A stretch of DNA of 62,309 bases, filler included, from Pirum gemmata (taxonomy: Eukaryota): the NCBI GenBank assembly GCA_002812295.1. It is 16 parts of 16 records of this genome, joined end to end, with 100 filler letters (N's around TTAATTAATTAA, not from the genome) between each part and the next. Parts side by side here need not be neighbours in the genome. Positions count along the whole stretch, not along the records: positions 1 to 4,382 come from PDIN01003006.1; positions 4,483 to 8,402 come from PDIN01003007.1; positions 8,503 to 14,574 come from PDIN01003008.1; 13 more parts are not named here. One strand, 5' to 3'. The notes beneath the pieces were generated by a model that was not told the origin of the DNA, ran no database searches, and saw only the letters and a list, made by a program, of their open reading frames with translations. Each line of letters starts with the position of its first letter. Positions within the stretch are counted from its first letter, which is position 1. The position numbers and the translations under genes were made by a program. Positions 1 through 12,336 of this stretch are shown here, piece by piece.

Positions 1-169
1 GCGAACAACATTTACTTTGTGCCTCGGTCAAAAAAGTTCGCCATAAGAGTTCTCACCCCTCTGCGTGCTATACACGCATAGATTTAAAAATTTTAGAATA
101 ACCTCGACAAATATTTTATTCAAAAAAAAGTTTTTTCATAGTTTTTTCATTGAGGTCTTTGTTTTATTA

Positions 170-845
170 CAACTATAGCTACTCTAGCTAGCTAGCTAGC
201 TACTAACTGGGCCATTATCAATACTATGATACCTCTAGCTCTAGCTAGTTAGAACTACTTGTCTACCAGGCGGAGGTCTACTTTGTCTACCCCCTAGCTA
301 GCTATCGATAGCTAGCTTTGTACTGCTAGCTAGCTTTGTACTACTAGCTAGCTAGCTAGACCTATCATAATAGTATATGAATCTGCTAGCTAGCTAGCTA
401 GTATGAATCTGTAGCTAGACTAGCTAGTCTATAGCTAGCTAGCTAGCTAGTGGACAAGAGCAGACAAGGTATCGGTGGAGGCAGCTGTGGAGGCCCACTA
501 GTAGCAAGCTAGCTAGTGGACAAGAGCAGACAAGGTACCGGTGGAGGCCCACTAGCTAGCTAGCTAGCTACTCTAGTAGAGCTAGAAGGGGATAAGTAGC
601 GGTATTGTAATGGAGCAGCATGGGTAGCTAGCTAGGCATGGACATGGGTAGTTGGGTACTGACTGTTTGAGTGCTCCTTGAGTGTGATAAAAAAAAAAGA
701 TTATTTTACTTATTTAGAGATCTTAGCTTGTATGATAGTTAGCTATCTATTGCTCTATAGGGCACTAGCTAGCACTAGCTAGTCGGAGCCTAGTCCTACT
801 AGCTAGGTAGACTTGAACTACTACTCTCTAGCTAGCTAGCAGATA
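170..845. repeat. (CTAG/AGCT)n-rich degenerate region containing a ~66-bp tandem duplication (about 443-560)
   Basis: Dense gctagctagcta runs; gctagtggacaagagcagacaaggta(t/c)cggtggaggc occurs twice. Similar DNA at 1590-2050, 2980-3115, 3910-4285, 21490-22870, 24190-24545, 47826-48072, 62085-62180. Confidence 0.85.
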
Positions 846-900
846 TTGAGATTATGCAGTCATATTATGTCATATTATGTTGTATATAATGTATCGTGCT

Positions 901-1058
901 TTTCATTTATTTTGTCACTCTAAATATTTATTTGGTGGGTTATAATATTTTTAAATTGATATTTTCAAATCAATACAAGGAAATTAAATTAAATGGCATT
1001 ATATTGTATTAATTTGGTAATCTTTATTGTATATTTTATTATGACAGAATAACTGAAA
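901..1058 (+). repeat. Dispersed ~170-bp AT-rich repeat family A (other copies ~8952-9105, 22201-22372, 49357-49491, partial 52070-52145, reverse strand 61955-62087)
   Basis: Shared gtcactc..aatatt(t)atttgg..ggttataa...aaattaaa...tatattgtattaatttggta..tttattgtatatttta in six different scaffolds. Confidence 0.85.
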
Positions 1059-2146
1059 ACCACTTTATCGATATTATGATATTAAATGTATATCCAGATA
1101 TCTATCTATCATATCTGTTATATATAGACTAGTACTATCGTCTAAGAGAGCGGAGTAAGATGGAGTTTAACTTCTTGATAGGTTTGGGAGGTAGACTTTA
1201 GGTAAGCATTATCTGGCACTATATGGAGGCTATTTATATGTAGCCGGACCCCACACAGTAGCTCATTCTAGAGCTAGTATCATAGGAGCTACCTGGTAGT
1301 AGAAGTAAGCCACTACTAAACCTGGTTGATTTCTCATGATTCTACATGTTATCTTGAACTTACTATGTTGCAGTAATAAGTTATTATGATATTTATAACT
1401 TTATAGTGTAAAATTCATCATTCATGAGACGGATGAGAACCACAAACTAGTTCTCAACTTCTCAATGGTAAACTTGATATCTGGTTATTTATAATATATA
1501 GTCTAAGTAGTGTCTAAAACTGACTCTAACTCTATAGGTCTACTCTCAATATTTTTACTTTATAAATTATCATTACTCAGATTACTATCTGATACTATAG
1601 TCTAGACTAGTCTAGCTAGTCTAGCTAGCATGTATACAGTATACTATCATATCTACTATCTACTATTATCCGATATATATTATGATAATTAAAAATATCG
1701 TTATTATAGTTATTATCCTAAATATCATAAATTCATAATATAATAATTAAAAATATAATTATCTAGTAGTAATAATAATTATGATAAATTTTTTGATCAA
1801 AAATAGACAGACCTAGTCTACTATTCTCCATAGGCAGAGCTTAGTAGTACACTCTAGCTAGACCCCCGGCCGGTCTACACAGACTACACTGTCTACACTG
1901 ACTCTACAGTCTAGCTAGACTCTAAAAACCGAGTAGCTATCATAGCTAGCCCCTACTTGTCTACTGTGAGGTACCCACTAACTGCAGTAGCCAGAGCTGC
2001 AGTAGAGCTTGTATGATAGTAACAATGTATCGATAGTTTGCTAGCTGAAATATGATATCATAATTATCATAATAATCATATCATAGAAAAAAAAACCAAA
2101 AAAAAAAGAATCTATTCAGTCTACTAGCTAGTTAGTCTTCTCATCG

Positions 2147-2281
2147 TGTATAATTGAATTTGTTTTTATAGAATACAACGTCAAGTATAAAGTACCAAAT
2201 TAATTTTAAAACATATCTGATAGTTCTAGTCTGATAGTTTAATTTAAAAAGACGTTTATTTCAGTTTTTGAACTGGACAAC
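2147..2281 (-). repeat. Dispersed repeat, reverse-complement copy of ~9419-9550
   Basis: tttatttcagtttttgaactggacaa here versus ttgtccagtttcaaaaactgaaataaa at 9418, with collinear flanking matches. Confidence 0.7.
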
Positions 2282-2445
2282 ACGATAGTAGCTAGTGCCT
2301 TTCGATATTTTTATATATGATATGATAATATGATATAGTTATGATATTATATTATATAACTGATATTTTATTTATATAATATAATTGAACAAAAATTTGG
2401 AAAAGGATGGGTGATTTGCAGAAGTTTTGCAGAGTGATTTGTAAG

Positions 2446-2479
<34 letters not shown>

Positions 2480-2835
2480 GCTGAATAGCCTGAATTAGGC
2501 TGAATTAGGGCTAAATTTTCAGTTTGGATTTCTACTACAGTAAATTTCTCTACATTTCTCCAGGAAATTCTCCTATGCTGCTATTAAAGCTATCATAGGT
2601 ACATTTCTCTACTCTAGCTAGCTAGCTAGCTAGGGATCCTAAATTTTTATGTATATTCAGTTTTGAATAAATATTATATCACATTTTATTTACACTATTT
2701 TATCATACGCTTTGTAAGAATTTAAAAACCTAATTAGCGTGGTCTATATACCGCCTATTCTAATTGCGAGTCATCACTAATCGTTCACAATGCAGATTCC
2801 CATTGGCGGAAAGTAGCAAAAAAAAAAAAAATTAG

Positions 2836-2907
<72 letters not shown>

Positions 2908-3467
2908 CTTTTTTTCTTCCTTTTTGGAAATTTTGGGGATTCTATTGGCTTAAAAAAATTGGAGCGACCTGGTGGAGTCCATGTAGCCTGCACCGCAGTA
3001 GGTGCAGACCGTGCAGTAGCCAGTAGGTGGAGTCTGTGACTCTCTAGCTAGCTCTAGCTAGAGCTATTACTGCTACGTCTAGCTAGCTACGTCTAGCCAG
3101 CTAGCTAGCTAGAGAGGCTTAAAAAATTAGGCTGCTTAGTAAAATGATTACTGTGCAGTGGGTCCGATTTTTTTCAATTTTTTTTCGGATCCCGAATTTT
3201 TGCTTTGTTCGAATCCGGAAATTAATGATGTTTTATGACGTCATAATTAACACTTTTGACGTCATAATTGAATGTTTATGACGATTATGNNNNNNNNNNN
3301 NNNNNNNNNNNNNNNNNNNNNNNNNNNNNNNNNNNNNNNNNNNNNNNNNNNNNNNNNNNNNNNNNNNNNNNNNNGTAGTAGTAGTAGTAGTTAGTAGTTA
3401 GTAGTAGTGGTAGTAGTAGTAGTGGTAATAGTAGTAGTAGTGGTGGTGGTGGTGGTAGTAGTAGTAG

Positions 3468-3507
<40 letters not shown>

Positions 3508-3665
3508 TCTAGCATTTTAATAGTGCTTTAAATTATAGTGCTGAAATTCTATTAGTAATATTTTTCTCATCAATTAACAAATGATATTGTTGTCGTTGTT
3601 GGATTGGCCTTAATTTTATCCTTACTATTGTTTACAATAATCATTCATGTATAAATGTTTTTTTA

Positions 3666-3894
3666 ACAGCCAAGCCGGATAATTCTATAGAAATCATTTT
3701 TTTTAGACTTCTTTTCTAAAATTCTTTAATCCTAACTAGCCAAATTATTATTAAAAACTGGCCATTGGTTCATAATATAGTTTTTGAAGGTATACAATTT
3801 CTCAAATTTCGGTAGTACTTTTGTTAAAATTATAGCATTTTAAGATTTTTAAGCTCATATGGCAGGCGTGACAATTTTTATCCGGCCTGGCTGT
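3666..3894. mobile_element. MITE-like element, 229 bp, TIR ACAGCCA(A/G)GCCGGATAA, TA flanks (Tc1/mariner-type target)
   Basis: ta|acagccaagccggataa ... ttatccggcctggctgt|ta. Confidence 0.75.
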
Positions 3895-4382
3895 TATAAA
3901 AAAAAAAGCAGTAGCTAGAGCTAGCTAGGTAGGTAGCTAGCTAGTAGTAGAGGACTATTAGATAGGTGGGAGCCACTAGACTAGCTAGCAAGACTAGTAG
4001 CAAGCTTGACTGTCCAGATTCCAAAGTTGCTTTCTAAAACACTACGCGCAGCTACGCACTACTAGCTAGCTAGAACCATATCATAAGCTACTACTAGCTA
4101 GATCTACTCTAGCTAGCTAGCTAACTCTAGCTACTAGTAGTAGTAGCCAGTTGCCACAGCCTCAAAAGGTCACAGTAGACGGTCTGCAGTAGACGGTCGA
4201 TAAACAGCACTAGCTACTAGCTAGCTAGCTATGATAGCAAGACTATCAGATAGTTTTTATTATGATAATAGTCTAGCTAGCTCTAGTTAGTGCATTTTTA
4301 CTAATTAATTTTTTTTGACTGACCACAGTTTTTTTTTGATCGATTTTTTTTCACTTTCGAACATGTAACTTTTTTATATGAG

Positions 4383-4482
4383 NNNNNNNNNNNNNNNNNN
4401 NNNNNNNNNNNNNNNNNNNNNNNNNNTTAATTAATTAANNNNNNNNNNNNNNNNNNNNNNNNNNNNNNNNNNNNNNNNNNNN
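4383..4482. other. Artificial scaffold linker N44-TTAATTAATTAA-N44, first of 15 (others start at 8403, 14575, 17902, 21275, 24622, 27964, 33684, 37061, 40433, 45728, 49072, 52268, 55588, 58939)
   Basis: Identical 100-nt block with a six-frame stop 12-mer centred in Ns; ORFs are truncated at these blocks. Confidence 0.97.
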
Positions 4483-4654
4483 TAATAATAATAATAATAA
4501 TAATAATAATATTGACCATAATAATAATTATAATTATAATTATATATACATAATTAGTAATTATATTTTGTTGTGTGTTTTAATAGTTAATCCCAATTAT
4601 TATTATTATGATGTTTTTTACCGAATAATGGTAAACAGGTGGCCTTTTTATCTA

Positions 4655-4848
4655 CCAAATCGAGACTAGTTCGAAACTTTCGAAATTTTTCTATCTAATT
4701 TTAAGTATTGACGCACGTTTGATTTCATTAAAAAATTCTTAGAAATTTCATAAAATAAGCTTGAAACTCGAAAAAAAAAGAATATCATTGTCACTTTTTA
4801 ATAATTAGATCGAGCTGTTTGATTCGATTATGTTTTCCCGTATCTCCT
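4655..4848 (+). repeat. Dispersed repeat family B (full copy ~57440-57716; reverse partial copies ~37357-37430 and 37570-37645)
   Basis: aatcgagactagttcgaaactttcgaaa...gatttca...aattcttagaa...ttgaaactcgaaa...gatcgagctgtttgattcgatta shared between copies. Confidence 0.85.
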
Positions 4849-4864
4849 TGTGATGCATTTATAA

Positions 4865-5152
4865 ACGTTGGTTTCAGATGTAGGAAACAAGATTTTAGAT
4901 GTAGAAAAACAGGTGTTAGATGTAGGAAACAAGTTTTCAGATGTTGGAGACAAGGTTTTACTTGGTGACTATTTTGAATACATAAAAGTTGGTGTGGGAT
5001 GTAGAGAACAAGATGTAGAAAACAAGGTTTTAGATGTAGAAAAAAAGGTGTCAGATAAAGGAAACAAGTTTTCAGATATGGAGACAAGGTTTTTCTTAAT
5101 GATTATTTTAAATATATAAAAGTTGGTGTGGGATGTAGAAAACAAGGTTTTA
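4865..5152 (+). repeat. 21-bp minisatellite, consensus gatgtagaaaacaaggtttta
   Basis: About 10 degenerate tandem units; produces the heptad pseudo-ORF DVENKVL. Confidence 0.8.
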
Positions 5153-5206
5153 ATTTTATTAAGGTCCTTGAGAAAAAAACTAATATCAGAATATTATTCA
5201 TATTGA

Positions 5207-5347
5207 ACATTCGTTTATCCATCTAAAACATTCGTTTACCGATCTGACTCAATCGTTTACTTATATGAACAGTTAGTTTACCCATCTGAATTGTTCAATT
5301 ACCCATCCATCTAAAGCATTCGTTTACCCATCTAACTCATTCGTTTG
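5207..5347 (-). repeat. Second 21-bp minisatellite (cattcgtttacccatctaaaa-like), related to the first in inverted orientation
   Basis: About 6 units; reverse complement gatgggtaaacgaatgtttta resembles gatgtagaaaacaaggtttta. Confidence 0.7.
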
Positions 5348-5519
5348 TTTGGTTGGAAAAGTCATATATTCTTCAACAACCATACCTTGTTCATACAATT
5401 TTATGTAATTTGATATAGTACTATGTAATGTTATATTGGATTTATTATATTACCATAAATAATTTCAATTATGAAAATAAAAAAAATGAATAGTTTCGCT
5501 TTTTCTACTTTTGTTTCTT

Positions 5520-6456
5520 AATGTATTGTTACTAAATCACGAACAAGAACAAAATTTAACACATAAATGGTTTTGCTGGACAAGGTGACAATGGAGGTGG
5601 TGTGCATAGAATGTAGATGGTGGTAATGTAGGTGTGGATGCTCCGGTGGGAGGGTGATGGTGATGGTGGTGGTGTAGGTGTTGCTGATGGTGGTATTATT
5701 GGTATGGGTGAGTTAGGCTTAGGGTTAGGGTCAGGGACAGGGTCAGGGTCAGGGTCAGGGTCAGGGTTAGGGTTAGAGTTAGGATTAGAGTTAGAGTTAG
5801 GGTTGGGTTAGGGTAAGGGTTAGGGTTAGGGTTAGGGTTAGGGTTAGGGTTAGGGTTAGGGTTAGGGTTAGGGTAGGGGTAGGGTTAGGGTTAGGGTTAG
5901 GGTTAGAGTCAGGGTAGGGTTAGGGTTAGGGTAAGAGTTAGGTTTAGGGTTATGGTCAGGGTAGGGGTTAGGGTTAGGGGTTAGGGTTATAGTTAATGTA
6001 TTGTTACTAAATCACGAACAAGAACAAAATTTGACATACCACATAAATGGCTTTGCTGGATAAGGTGGTAATGGGGGTGGTGTAGATGGCGGTAATTGAG
6101 GTGTCGATGCTCAGGTGGTGGTGGTGTGGTAGTGGATATTGGTGGCGGTGTTGGTGGTGTAGGTGTTGGTGTTGGTGGTAGTGGTGTGGATAAGTTAGGG
6201 TTAGGGTTAGGGTTAGAGTCGGTGGTCGATGCTCAGATGATGGTGGTGGTGTGGTAGTGGATGTCGGTGGCGGTGTTGGTATTGGTGGTAATGGTGTGGA
6301 TAAGTCAGGGTTAGGGTTAGGCTTAGAGTCGGTGGTTTGGTGATATGGTAGTGTGTATGTTAGGGTTAGCATTAGCGTTAGCATTAGCGTTAGCGTTAGA
6401 GGTCAGGGTTAAGGTTTAAGGTTAGGTTTGGGAGTTAGGGTTAGGAGTTAGGGTTA
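5520..6456 (+). repeat. Tandem degenerate duplication of a GT-rich unit, each copy followed by a TTAGGG tract
   Basis: aatgtattgttactaaatcacgaacaagaacaaaattt at ~5520 and ~5995; TTAGGG tracts at 5712-5990, 6193-6217, 6306-6456. Confidence 0.85.
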
Positions 6457-6854
6457 GTAGAATTAAAACGATTACGATGAACTTTTATATATATTTATAA
6501 TAGAATACGTTTTTATTTATTAATGAATTTAAGTGCGTTATTCATAATATTCTGAAAACCCATAACCTCTATAATCCATGTACTTAATTTTTTCTGTTGG
6601 TATTAGTTTTAGTTTTGGTTTTGGTTTTGGTTTTAGTTTTGGTTTTGGTTTTGGTTTTGGTTTTGGTTTTGGTTTTGGTTTTGGTTTTGATTTGTTTTTC
6701 TTTGTATATGTTTTTGTTTTTTACTTTTCTCAAAAAAAAAAAAAAAAAAAAAGATTTTGTATTAATACATGTCAATTATAACTTTAAACTGATAAGAAAA
6801 TTACAAAACACAAACACAAAACAAAAACAAAACAAAACAAACCTAAACTTTTAA

Positions 6855-7372
6855 TTAATATTTTCTATTATTGTAATTATTATCATTATCATAACCATTA
6901 TTATTACTATAACCATTATCATTACCATAACCATTATTATCATTACCATAACCATTATCATTGCCATAACCATTATTATCATTACCATAACCATTATCAT
7001 TTCCATAACCATTATTATTATAACCATTATTATGCCCATATTTATTTCTATAAAAAGTTCGATGTCCGATTTTCAAAGTATGGCGCTGAAAACAAAAGTT
7101 CGCACCAATATTAGTCATTCTTCTATATGCAAATGCATAATTGCGGTCAAACTTCGCTTCGCTATGTACATATTGACGGTGGACTTGTTTGTATAATCTG
7201 GAGAATGGGCAATGACGTACATTTTTTGGGGAAATGTAGGCGTCGTTTACGGTATATTGCCACTCTCCTGCAGTCCAATGAACTGTATCACCGTTAATAG
7301 TTGTTTCGCCAGCGACTTGGTCAGTATAATATTTATTACTCCATTTATATTGTTGTACACCATCACTGTGTC
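6855..7372 (-). CDS. Terminal exon of a haem peroxidase-like protein (class I, APX/CCP-like C-terminus) with Asn-Gly-Tyr repeat tail; 5' part lost in N gap
   Basis: Acceptor ttaaacag, then open frame HSDGVQQYKWSNKYYTDQVAG...WTAGEWQYTVNDAYISP...LYKQVHRQYVHSEAKFDRNYAFAYRRMTNIGANF, resembling the peroxidase N.Yy...W..Q..D...Y.....F...FA.A..KM..G pattern. Confidence 0.65.
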
Positions 7373-8225
7373 CTGTTTAATGTTATGGTTTATTATTATT
7401 TATTGTTATTATGTATTATTTATTATTTATTATTATTTACTATTTATTATTNNNNNNNNNNNNNNNNNNNNNNNNNNNNNNNNNNNNNNNNNNNNNNNNN
7501 NNNNNNNNNNNNNNNNNNNNNNNNNNNNNNNNNNNNNNNNNNNNNNNNNNNNNNNNNNNNNNNNNNNNNNNNNNNNNNNNNNNNNNNNNNNNNNNNNNNN
7601 NNNNNNNNNNNNNNNNNNNNNNNNNNNNNNNNNNNAATAGCAATATCAATAATAATAATAATCAACAAAATTGAATTTTATTTCACCTAAAAAAAACATA
7701 AACTACCTTCTTACAGTTTCTTACTATGAATCTATGATAATATATATGCTATCGATATTTTATATATTATGTATTTATGGGGCCGCTTACATAATGTATA
7801 GACTATACATATATTTTTCACGACAACCTACAATATTCTACTGGTATCATAGTTTCTCTATGATATCAACTAAAGGTGGCCGTTTACTACGAACTAGACT
7901 ATGATAGCTACTAGTCTAGTGCTCTAGCTAGCTAGCTAGCTAGAAGCTAGTTTAATTTTGCCTTATTTTGCTATTTTGTATCTGTATTTAGGAGAAAAAG
8001 AATACATAATATTTCTATACCAGTATTTTGAAAAGTAAACATTGACCTCTTGGCGCGCTGTAAGTTAATTAAATTATTGTTTCATAAACTGTTTCATATC
8101 AAGTTTCTTTTTTGAAGTCCTTGATTGTAGATACCGGTACAGTTAATACCAGGGTACAGTTACTACAGTAATACTACCATATAAGTTATAACTACTAAAG
8201 GGCTAATTGTCTCTAGCCTTTTTTA

Positions 8226-8260
<35 letters not shown>

Positions 8261-8622
8261 GACTAGAGACTAGAGTCTAGAGAGTCGAGACTAGCTAGAG
8301 ACTACTAGAGACTAGTAGACCAGGGTCCTAGCTTGGTTTTTGGTTTTGGTTTTTGGTTTTTGGTTTTGGTTTTGGTTTTTGGTTTTTGGTTTTGGTTTTG
8401 GTNNNNNNNNNNNNNNNNNNNNNNNNNNNNNNNNNNNNNNNNNNNNTTAATTAATTAANNNNNNNNNNNNNNNNNNNNNNNNNNNNNNNNNNNNNNNNNN
8501 NNGGGTTAAGGTTAGGGTTAGGGTTAGGGTTAGGCCCGAATTGAAGGTGAATCGAGCAGAAAATCTGAAATGTTATATATATGGCTTACAGAATACAGAG
8601 TAGGGGAGTGTTGAAATAATAT

Positions 8623-8715
8623 GTCACGTCAAGGGGTAGGTAGGTAGGTGGTCTTTGACCGGAAATTAACGTCGAGGGGTAGGTAGGTAGGGTATTTGAA
8701 GCGGTGTTTGACTGG
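8623..8715 (+). repeat. Dispersed repeat family C (second copy ~58037-58131)
   Basis: gtcacgtcaaggggtaggtaggtaggtggt.tttgaccggaaattaacgtc.aggggtaggtaggta near-identical in two scaffolds. Confidence 0.85.
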
Positions 8716-9136
8716 GGATACGTCTCCCTAGCTAACGAATCAAACTCGAATAAAAAATTATTGTTACATTATGATACAAGTATTTTAAAAAACAACCTAC
8801 TTTTTTTTACTAATTAAAAAAGTCTCACTTTTTTTTTTTTATGTTTGATAATTTCAAACCTATTAAATATCTAATAAACTTCTTATGATTGAAAACTAAA
8901 AATTCGAGTAAAGCACAAAAGTTGCACGTTTTTAAATGGTTTGTACCGATAAGAGAATATTATTTATTTGGATGGTTATAATTTTTTTAACTGCCATTTT
9001 TAAATGAATTAATATATAATAAAATATACCAAATTAAATAAAATGGATTTATATTGTATTAATTTGGTACTATTTAATATATATTTTATGATGACAAAAA
9101 AACTCATACTTTCACAATAATAATATATAGACTAGA

Positions 9137-9372
9137 CAGTAGGGGTGAGATATCTACTGGAACTTTTTTCGAACAGATGCTTATCGAGCCAACCTTAGTT
9201 CCGTGTTCCTTACTAATAATAGNGCAGTTAAACAGCTTAAAATAGTAAATCTAATTATAGTAGATACCAAATAAAGTAATAATATTAACATTAATAGTAA
9301 TAAAACCATAAAATCGGAAAAGTTCCGACAGATGTTCGGTAATAATAAAATGACGTCATCTCACCCCTACTG
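9137..9372. mobile_element. MITE, 236 bp, TIR CAGTAGGGGTGAGAT
   Basis: Perfect 15-bp inverted repeat, both sides flanked by actaga; left half tandemly repeated at 36788-37060; lone right ends at ~10334-10363 and ~51687-51704. Confidence 0.8.
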
Positions 9373-10559
9373 ACTAGACTAGACTATGGCAGGAATTTGG
9401 ACTAGGGAATTTGGAATTTGTCCAGTTTCAAAAACTGAAATAAATTTAAAACTACCAAATAATTATTATGGTTGAACTATCAGACATTTTTTAATTAATT
9501 TGGTATTTTATACTATGAAGTATATGTTTATAAAAAAGTGCAATTACACACTTAAACAGTACCAAATTAAATATTGAGAGGAACTGTAATGAAATGGACG
9601 ATAATGTTTAAAAATAACAATATTGTAATTTTAATTAATTGTAATTGTTGTTTGTTGTTTGTTGTTTGTTGTTTGTTGTTTGTTGTTTGTTGTTTGTTGT
9701 TTGTTGTTTGTTGTTTGTTGTTTGTTGTTTGTTGTTTGTTGTTTGTTGTTTGTTGTTTGTTGTTTGTTGTTTGTCTGACCGATAGAGAGGAAAGTTTTTC
9801 ACAGAATTTATAAATAATTTCATCTAGATAATTTCATTTTTCGTCCCTCTGATTTGAATTTGGTTTTATAGAAAATAATTGGTAGTTTTAATTTTTTTTT
9901 TTTTTAATTAAAATTTAATATCATTAATTGTAATGAATTTAATAGTAATACTAATACATTACATAGTCAATTACGATTATCATCGTTGATACATCAACCC
10001 AATTGATCACATTGATCAACATTTAAATTTGTTATGCCCCCTGGCAACACGATTTTTTTTAGCAATTTTGGTAAAAAGTACCTGTGTTTATGAGTGTTTA
10101 TGGTTAAGGATTAAACAAAATACTTAGAAATGTTTTCGCATTTTGTGTTCGATGTACATTTTAAAAGTCTGTTTATATAGTCGTCTTTTTATGAATCAAT
10201 TTTTTATGAAAGGAATGACTTTGTGACAAAGTATTGTTGTTATTCTTTGTAAATTGGCAGTTAATTGTGTCTTTTTTTTATGTTTTGACCTTGGGTAAAA
10301 TTCAGGGTTTGGGTTAGCGTTAGCTTCAGCGTTATAATAAAATGACGTCATCTCACCCCTACTCCCAAAAGGTCTCGTACTGTTCGATGGAAACCAAAAA
10401 TTGGGTTTATTAGATTAGGGGTTATAGAGTTTTTTTGATATGCCAAGACAATGATAATAATGATAATAATATTAATGATAATGATAATAATGATAATAAT
10501 GATAATAATGATATTAATAATAATAATGATAATAATAATGATAATAGTGATAATATTTT

Positions 10560-11177
10560 TTCAATTCCTGTTTAAGAACTTCATATTACTATAGAAACGG
10601 ATTAATTTATGATCAACCACTTATTATTGGTAACTGTTATTACCATAACTGTAATCAATTGACAAATTTAAGCCCCTTTTGTTTATTTCATTCAGAACAA
10701 ATGGGTGTTCAATTAAACTTTTCTGCCGAGGAAGGGTATTATTTGAAAACCAGCAAGTTGTTTAAAAAGGATGAATTAGTTTGTTCCTTTGTTGGTTTAA
10801 ATTGTACTCAAGATGAACTCGATAAAAAGTACCCAGGTTTAACTTTTGCACCATATGACATTGTGTTGCATGTGGAAAAGAACATAATATAATATTCTGA
10901 TAGCAATTTATTAAGATCATTTGGCGCGTATATCAACAATAATTATTGTAATGTAAATAATAATGTTGTTGATTACCATTTTAAGTTTAATAACAAAAAA
11001 TGTGAAAAATACATTATTACTAAAACTTTTATAAACACATTTATGAATTTAAAATTTGAAAATATAATTGCAGATAAAAAATATTCTGTAATTTCCATTA
11101 TTTCCACAAAAACCATAAACAAAGGTGGAAAAATATTTCTTAATTACAATTTAGAAAATAATATTACAACACTGTAG
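10560..11177 (+). pseudogene. SET-domain relic with N-terminal Cys/His motif and in-frame TAA at 10890
   Basis: CYYHNCNQLTNLSPFCLFH...GYYLKTSKLFKKDELVCSFVG...ELDKKYPGLTFAPY...*YSDSNLLRSFGAYINN...IISTKTINKGGKIFLNY matches SET motif order. Confidence 0.65.
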
Positions 11178-11242
11178 ATTAAAGACCGATTCTCTTTTCG
11201 AGAGCCCTTGTATAGATATTGAATCTGATTGTGAAGCAGGTA

Positions 11243-11280
<38 letters not shown>

Positions 11281-11418
11281 TTTTATTCTCAAAATAAATC
11301 ATGTCTGTTCTACTTAATTAAAAGTTAAGTAGAANATTATTATTATTATTATTATTATTATTGTTATTATTATTATTATTATTACAACAACAACAACAGC
11401 AACAACAAACAACAACAA

Positions 11419-11450
<32 letters not shown>

Positions 11451-11913
11451 ACAACAACAATAATAATATTATTAGTAATAATATACAAGTTTTGGTTTCA
11501 GCTTTTTTGAGAAATCTTCAATTTTGCCAGTTTTTTCATACATGCTCCAAAAAAATTTCTATTTTTGGATTCTAAATTTGTATACTATGAGAAATATTTT
11601 ACTTGTAATGGAAATAGTGCTAACATTTTTAGAAGAAAAAAACACAAAAAAAAGGCTACGTCATCAAAAAATAATTTTAAAAAAGCCATGTATGGTTTAT
11701 ATTTTTTACAGAAAAAACAGCATGGAAAAAAATATATAGATATCTAGATATCTACTATCTACAACTTTGAACTATCTACACTACAATAATATTATACCAG
11801 TAATTATACTTTTAAATTTTTTTTTCCAGTTTTCCAGAAATACCAGTTTCATATCGAAAATATAAAAATATATTGTATTTTACTCTTTTCTGTAGAAGTA
11901 GTACTAGTAGTAC

Positions 11914-11961
<48 letters not shown>

Positions 11962-11988
11962 TCGTTGTAGCAGTAGTAGCAATATCAA

Positions 11989-12021
<33 letters not shown>

Positions 12022-12302
12022 ACTAGTAATAGTAGTAGTAACTAGTAGTAATGGTAGTGGTAGTAGTAGTTGTTGTTGTTGTTTGACGTCTGCAGTAGTA
12101 GAGTAGTCAGTGACGTCAGTTTACTCCGAGAGAAGGTGAAGGAAGCTGTGTGATTGGTAAACAAGTGCTAGCTGGGCAATAAACATAAATGAAATATTAT
12201 ATAAACAAGTGCAATGTTTTTTTATTAAATTTTATTAATAATTAATTAACTTTTATTTATTATTTAAATTTTTATTATTATTATTATTTATTTTTTTTGT
12301 TT

Positions 12303-12336
<34 letters not shown>

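Noticed and set aside
4427..4438. TTAATTAATTAA recurring about every 3.3 kb as a periodic motif
   Set aside because: Always centred in 44+44 Ns; an artificial six-frame-stop linker. The spacing reflects scaffold size, and gene neighbourhoods across linkers are meaningless
4868..5119. Heptad-repeat ORF DVENKVL as a gene
   Set aside because: TTG start, coextensive with a minisatellite, and the repeat continues past the stop
10890..10892. TAA reassignment or read-through in the SET-like frame
   Set aside because: Other genes here terminate at TAA (RGS, coiled-coil, claudin-like) and long ORFs lack internal TAA/TAG; the region upstream is also disrupted
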